Part shown: positions 55,401 through 61,400 of the stretch, one piece after another
Layout of the letters: every line of letters begins with the position of its first letter
Position numbering within the stretch: the first letter of the stretch is position 1
Assembly (NCBI RefSeq): GCF_021869535.1
Contig: NW_026262701.1
Location: 110,732,001-110,796,000, forward strand
Direction: 5' to 3'
Source of the DNA: Mytilus californianus
Lineage: Eukaryota
DNA length: 64,000 bases
The notes under the pieces: generated by a model
Told to the model about the DNA's origin: nothing
Database searches by the model: none
Seen by the model: only the letters and a program-made list of their open reading frames with translations
Made by a program: the position numbers and the translations under genes

Positions 55401-58400
55401 TAATAAGCATTTCTGTATAAGTTTCATAACATTTGGTTGAGGCAAACTAAAGTTAGAGAACGGAAACGAAACATTCAGCAATTTTTTCATTTGTAAAGGG
55501 CCATAACTCTTAAATGTTATAAGTGACGCCACCAAAATTCAAACTTGACCTGTGTTTTGTGATAATAAGCATTGTGTATAAGTTTCATAACATTTGGTTG
55601 AGTCAAACTAAAGTTAGAGAACGGAAACGAGAAATTCAGCAATTTTTCCATTTGTAAAGGGCATAACTCTAGAACGGTTGAAGTGACGCCACCAAAATTT
55701 AAACTTGATCTGTGTTTTGTGGTAATAAGCATTGTGTTTAAGTTTCATAAGATTTGGTTGAGGCAAACTAAAGTTAGAGAACAGAAACCAATTTTGGGAC
55801 GTACGGACAGACGTACGTACAGACAGACAAGGGTAAAACTTAATGCCCTGTCTGTTACGGCAGGGGCATAAAAATCTTGGTGTAAATGATAGTTTTGACC
55901 ATGGTAGCATTGACTGAGCTAAGACTTCAATCAAAATAGAAATGTGGTCTTTTACTCAACAGTCCTAATGTATGCCCATCAGGATATTTTAAATAGGGGA
56001 GGTTTTTGGCAGACAGAAGAAAAGAAATTGAAATACCAAGAGTTTTTATCATGGTAGGAAACACAAGCTTTCAAATGAGGAAAAGACTACTGTAACAGTA
56101 CTTAAGGAGTCTAGTACAATATCATGTTTGTTCTGCTACATGTATTCAGCTTTCATTCAAATATACATTTATAAGGCTTTAAAATGATTCTTTTAATTCA
56201 ATTCAAATGGCTTAAAAGTAGCATTAAAGTTACATGCATAATTGTGTTTTCTTTTGCTTGGCCAGTAAATAAATAATCATCTTCAGATAAATATATATAT
56301 ACATGTAATTAATAGTTAAGGGCCATACATACTTCTTTGATTATATCTTAATAAAACTGCATGATGCATACCAAATGTCCAACAAGTATGTAATTAAACT
56401 GAAATCAAGTGAAACCAGAATCTTAATGGTAGAGATAAAGACAAAGACCAGCTGGGGTATCAATGATAAAGGACAGCAAATATTTACAATCTGATCCTAT
56501 CACACTAGTGTGATGTACTGGAAGGTCAGACAAGGTCCCCCCTTTTATCATCAGGGTCATTACAAGGTCCCCTCTTCTCTGAGTCATGTCTGAAGCCTTT
56601 TATCTGAAACCAATTCCCACAACTGTCTGTGAAATCAATATGTCAATGTCAAGAAAACTCTTCAAACCTCAAACACTCAAATCAGCTGTATCGCTTATTA
56701 GTAAATATTCTAAACAAACAGGCTGCCTGTTTTGGTGACTGCACATATAAAGTAACCCCAGCAAATTATTTACTAACACTATGCGATTTGTGTATACCAC
56801 CACACACCCCCCCCCCCCCCCCCCCCCCCTATGCACACATCAATTTTGTCTTTAATGTTTCAATTTATTTATTGTGTGTTAATAACATGTATATTTCCAA
56901 AAGAATATCTTCAAGTGAACCTTAGATTGACTATCTAAGTAACCTCACAAAAATTAAAAAAAAATCAAGGTAGATGTATTATGCACAGCAAACAATTACT
57001 AGATACATATTATGCAAATATACATGTAATACTATACATGTAAAACAAGAGCAGTCTTTATATCAGTATTGTCACCTTAGGTTTTATTATGTTACTGGTT
57101 TACATGTGTCCATAATTACATAAATGTAATCTTACAATAATTCACGAAAATCACATTTTAAATACCTGATTTTCCACTGCTTCAAAATCTTACATGACAC
57201 ATACACATGTAAACAAAGGTGACATTCAATTTAGTTAACATACAGGTATAATAAATGTTCAGTGCATGCTACATTTACATAATTGTGTACATCCACAGAA
57301 ATGCTGATTGACAAAACCAATATATACTCAAAACTAATAGAGAAAGTACCTTTATCTATATTGGTCACAATAACACAAATCTTACTGAGGAGGGTAAAGA
57401 TAGTCATAATAACACAATCTTATATTTATTACTATCTCAATAAACAAATAAACTGATTTATTATGCTAATTACATTTATCATACAAAGAACTGTTTATTC
57501 TAAGCTAATTACATGTACATTAGTAATATACATGTAAAGAACTTTCAAAATAAAAATTAAATTTACACCACCCTGTATGTTTTATAATCAAACTAAAATA
57601 AAAAACAGTCAAGGGTGATTGACAAAAATGAAGGGCAGTTTCTAGAAATTCAAATGCCTGAAATGGCTTATTATTAGAAGAAAATTAAGGATAGAGCTGA
57701 AAAATTCAAAGACTGAGGATACTTGTACATGTAATAATTCTTGATGGATCAATAAAACTTAAGACCAGCAAATTTTGTTTGTTTAATAATAATAAATGAT
57801 CTAAAACCTATTGGGCTAACACCTCACTCAGAACATGGTTATCAAATACGAATGTAATTGATAAAGTTCAGTGAAATTTTAAATAATGAAGAGTATATTA
57901 TATAAATACATTTTAGAGCTGTTTTTCTTGTGTATTGTCTATATTGCAATTGTTTAATATAAAAATTCGTAAGGGTTCCGCGGAACCCAGTGTCTCGCCT
58001 ACTTTTGCTGTTAATCGCAGGCTCAACAAAAATGAGGAAAAAAATTAATAAAAATATTCCTCTCTATACTATCTTTTGATTGTAAGTAGCTTCTGTCCAA
58101 GTTTGGTAAAAATTCAGGATGGTTTTTGAATCTAATAAATGTTTTTAAAACTTTAACTGCAGACTGTGTGTAAAGTTAACTGGAAGAAAAACTAAGTCCA
58201 TTTATAAGTAAAATACGGAAAAAAATGGAACAAAATTTTATCAAAATTTCCTTCTAGATACTAGCTTTTGATCATAAACAAGCTTCTGTCCAAGTGTGGT
58301 ACAAATCCAGGATAGTTTAAGAAAGTTGTTAAAGTTTTAAAAACTTTAACCACAGAGTGAATGTAATGTTAACTGGCAGAAAAACTAAGTCCATTTATAA

Positions 58401-61400
58401 GTAAAGTACGGAAAAAATGGAATTTTTTTTTTACAAAATTTACCTCTGGATACTATCTTATGATCATAAACAAACTTCTTTCCAAGTTTGGTAGAAATCC
58501 AGGATAGTTTAAGAAAGTTATTAAAATTTCAAAAACTTTAACCACAGAGTGAATGTAATGTTTCCTGGCAGAAAAACTAAGTCCATTTATAAGTAAAATA
58601 CGGAAAAAATGGAATTTTTTTTTTACAAAATTTACTTTTGAATATAATCTTATGATCATAAACAAGCTTCTGTCCAAGTTTGGTAGAAATCCAGGATAGT
58701 TTAAGAAAGTTATTAAAATTTCAAAAACTTTAACCACAGAGTGAATATTTGTGGACGCCGCCGACGACAACGACGACGCCGACGGAATGTAGGATCGCTA
58801 TGTCTCGCTTTTTCGACAAAAGTCGAAGGCTCGACAAAAATCACTGTACTGATTATGCCCATAATGGGTCCTCTATTGGAAATAAAATTTATCTTATCTT
58901 ATCTTATCTTTATAAATGTCAATAAGACAGGGTTGGAATTCAGAAGACATGGTTCTAAAGGTCAACATGAATGTATGGTCTTCAGCTAAATAGCAAAAAG
59001 CGTCTATACAAAATATCCAATTCTTAATTTCTCCACTTCTTTAAGGCTGTAGATTTTTAAACTTTCAGATACTCAAACAAGCAAGATTGGTAATGTATAG
59101 ACCAACAAAACTTGTGCTAGACTCGATTGATCTAATATTTAAGTTACATGCCCAACAGGATAGATCGATACATGAAGGTCTGGTGATTTCAGACAACATT
59201 GCACGGAAGAATTTTCATATCTCACTCAGTTTTCTGATAATGTTAAAATTTACATCATAAAAAGTGTGAATGACTCATTGATAGTATCAAAGTACAATAT
59301 TAAAGGTACTTCTACAAAATCTACTTCTACGTACATGTACCAGTATAGTGGAAGTCATAAAGGACAAATAACCTTTACAATCATGGCTCTTGAGTTCAAC
59401 ACCACCATCTCTTAGTTGGGTTAAATAGGGCTCTTTAGTTCATACCCCTCCACCCTTTTTAGCTGGGTAAATTATATGGCTTGTTAATTATAAGATTGCC
59501 TGTGTTTTAACTAGTGGACTTGACATTGTTTGTCTCTTCATCTTTTTCTTTGGCAATGGTGTTGTTTTAGCCTTTGACATTTATGACTGCACCTTTTTTT
59601 ATCTTCTGTCAATTTTCATGACAAATAGTGGGAGTCTTGTGATATTTACTTTTTAATTTAAAGAAATTTAAAAAAAGAAATAATTGAGTCATCAAGTGCA
59701 TGGCTGCATTTTTTAAATCAATACAAAGTTTAAAAACAGTCTTTAATATGGTTACATAATTCATTTCAAGCATTTTTATAATACTCATGTAAAAGAACTC
59801 AAACTGAATTCAGGAAAATTATTGGTGTAAATTAAAATAAGTTGCTTTGGCAACATCAAATCAACATGTATTTGCCCTGAAATGGTCTATTACTGTGACT
59901 TGACTGTTAATGTTGCTCTCCACCTATTGCAACTTATTAAAAATTCTGACCAAATTGCAATTTGTTTTATAAAACCAAACTGTTCAACTGGTCAGAAATT
60001 TGAACAAACTGCTGTAGAAAACCACAGTCAAGTGTGAAAGTGCAAGGTGATAAAATAAAGCATACTTACAATCCTGTAAGACTTTAATTCCACTTCAATG
60101 TCATGAATGTTATTATGGAAACTTATTAACAATGTATTGTAATTTCACATATATTTTACTGAATATACGATGTTTTAATTCAAATGATGTCTGATTCTTA
60201 TGAATAAAGAAGACTTTTAAAAAGAAAAAATTGTATGAAAGCTTAGTTTGGACATTTTTATAGCAATTCAAAGTTACTACCTATCTCCTTTAGAATGTTT
60301 AGCATGTTTAGCATGACAATAACAATAAAAAATTTCTATACAAACTGTTAGACTGATTTTTCATAATAACATTGAAGTGGAATTAAAGTCTTACAGGATT
60401 GTAAGTATGCTTTATTTTATCGCCTTGCACTTTCACGACTAGACTGTAGTTTTCTACAGCAGTTTCTTCTGACCAGATGCCTAATTTCTGTACATGTACA
60501 TGTATAATCTGATATTTTAAATGGTCATTAGTACTCCAACGTTACATTTAATAAAATGCTCCGCTGGGGAGCAGCTTGAATTACGACCGCAGAGGTCGAA
60601 CCCTGAACAGTTGGGGCAAGTATGGACACAACATTCAAGCTTGATGCAGCACTGAATTTGGATTGTAATTAAATATTTGACACAGCATAGGTTTCTGACA
60701 CAGAATGAAAGTGGTCTAAGAACTTAAAAATTTTTAATTTACCTATTCAAACCATATCATTATTATTTGCTTTCATATATAAATCAGAAATAACCAATTA
60801 AAATGGAAAATTTTAAAGAAAAAAAAATCCCCCCCCCAAATTTTTTGAACCCCCTTATGATTCATCACCCCCAAACTCAATCCCAGCTTTCCCTTTGTGG
60901 TATGGTACCTTGCAGTACAATTTCAGAGAGATCCATACACTTCAACACAAGTTATCGTCTGGAAACTAGAAAAATGCTTGTTTTTTGGCCCCTTTTTGGC
61001 CCCAAATTCCTAAACATTTAGGGCAATTACCCCCAAACTCAAACCCAGCTTTCCCTTTGTGATATGGAACCTTGCAGTACAATTTCATAGAGATCCATAC
61101 ACTTACACACAAGTAATTGTCATGAAACTAGAAAAATGCTTGTTTTTTGCCCTTTTTTGGCCCTAATTTCTAAAGTTTGGAGGCATTTACCCCCAAAATC
61201 AAACCCAGCATTCCCTTTGTGATATGGAACCTTGTGATACAATGTCAGAGAGATCCATACACTTACACACAAGTTATTGTCATGAAACTAGAAAAATGCT
61301 TGTTTTTTGCCCCTTTTTGGCCCCTAATTCCTAAAATTTGGAGGCAATTACCCCCAAAATCAATCCCAGCATTCCCTTTGTGATATGGAACCTTGTGGTA

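Noticed and set aside
56807-56829. C23 run (G-quadruplex potential on the host strand); similar C25 at 63025-63049
   Set aside because: Homopolymer length is error-prone and such runs are common in these repeats; no supporting context.
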